Source of the DNA: Torpedo marmorata
Lineage: Eukaryota
Assembly: GCA_977017645.1 (NCBI GenBank)
Contig: OZ360241.1
Location: 61,628,001 to 61,692,000 of the forward strand
Direction of reading: 5' to 3'
DNA: 64,000 bases
Shown piece by piece: positions 63,901-64,000 of the stretch. The translations under genes and the position numbers were made by a program. The notes under the pieces were generated by a model that was not told the DNA's origin, searched no databases, and saw only the letters and a list, made by a program, of their open reading frames with translations. Numbering within the stretch: the first letter of the stretch is position 1; the number at the start of each line of letters is the position of its first letter.

Positions 63901-64000
63901 GGATTCCGACCGTTGGAAGAGAAGTAAGTTTGGTTTAATTATGTAAGGCCTTTGTCTGTGAAGTAGACATACATGATGAACGCCTTTAATGCATTATCAC

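Noticed and set aside
1-64000. CRISPR array, prokaryotic operon, retron/DGR-like system or endogenous viral gene
   Set aside because: No regularly spaced repeat-spacer array; all RT-like ORFs are eukaryotic non-LTR retrotransposons; no gag/integrase/env or viral ORFs seen.

Overview
Eukaryotic (vertebrate) genomic DNA. The repeat content (HE1-like V-SINE, CR1/HER1-like LINE, Rex1-like LINEs, Penelope relics) points to a cartilaginous fish, probably a ray or shark; this is inference, not a species call. One complete 12-exon protein-coding gene lies on the minus strand (ATG 63457 to TAA 16311; 1479-nt CDS, 492 aa; all introns GT-AG and phase-consistent). It encodes an MFS transporter of the MFSD14A/HIAT1 family, probably the non-mammalian mfsd14a2/hiat1b paralogue. 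Its CpG-island promoter at the right end looks bidirectional and has two candidate uORFs. The introns and flanks hold many transposable elements, several nested with recognisable target-site duplications. A 6.8-kb hAT element carries a near-intact L1/Tx1 ORF2 and an odd segment flanked by telomere-like repeats. Other nestings are a CR1 inside a hAT MITE, an L1 fragment fused in frame into a Rex1 LINE, and a Penelope end inside a Tigger MITE. There are also three young copies of a 5S-rRNA-headed SINE (two share a 490-bp duplication) and Penelope-type minimal hammerhead ribozyme motifs. No prokaryotic-type system, CRISPR array or functional rRNA/tRNA gene is supported. All alignments were done by eye and family assignments rest on recalled motifs, not database searches.
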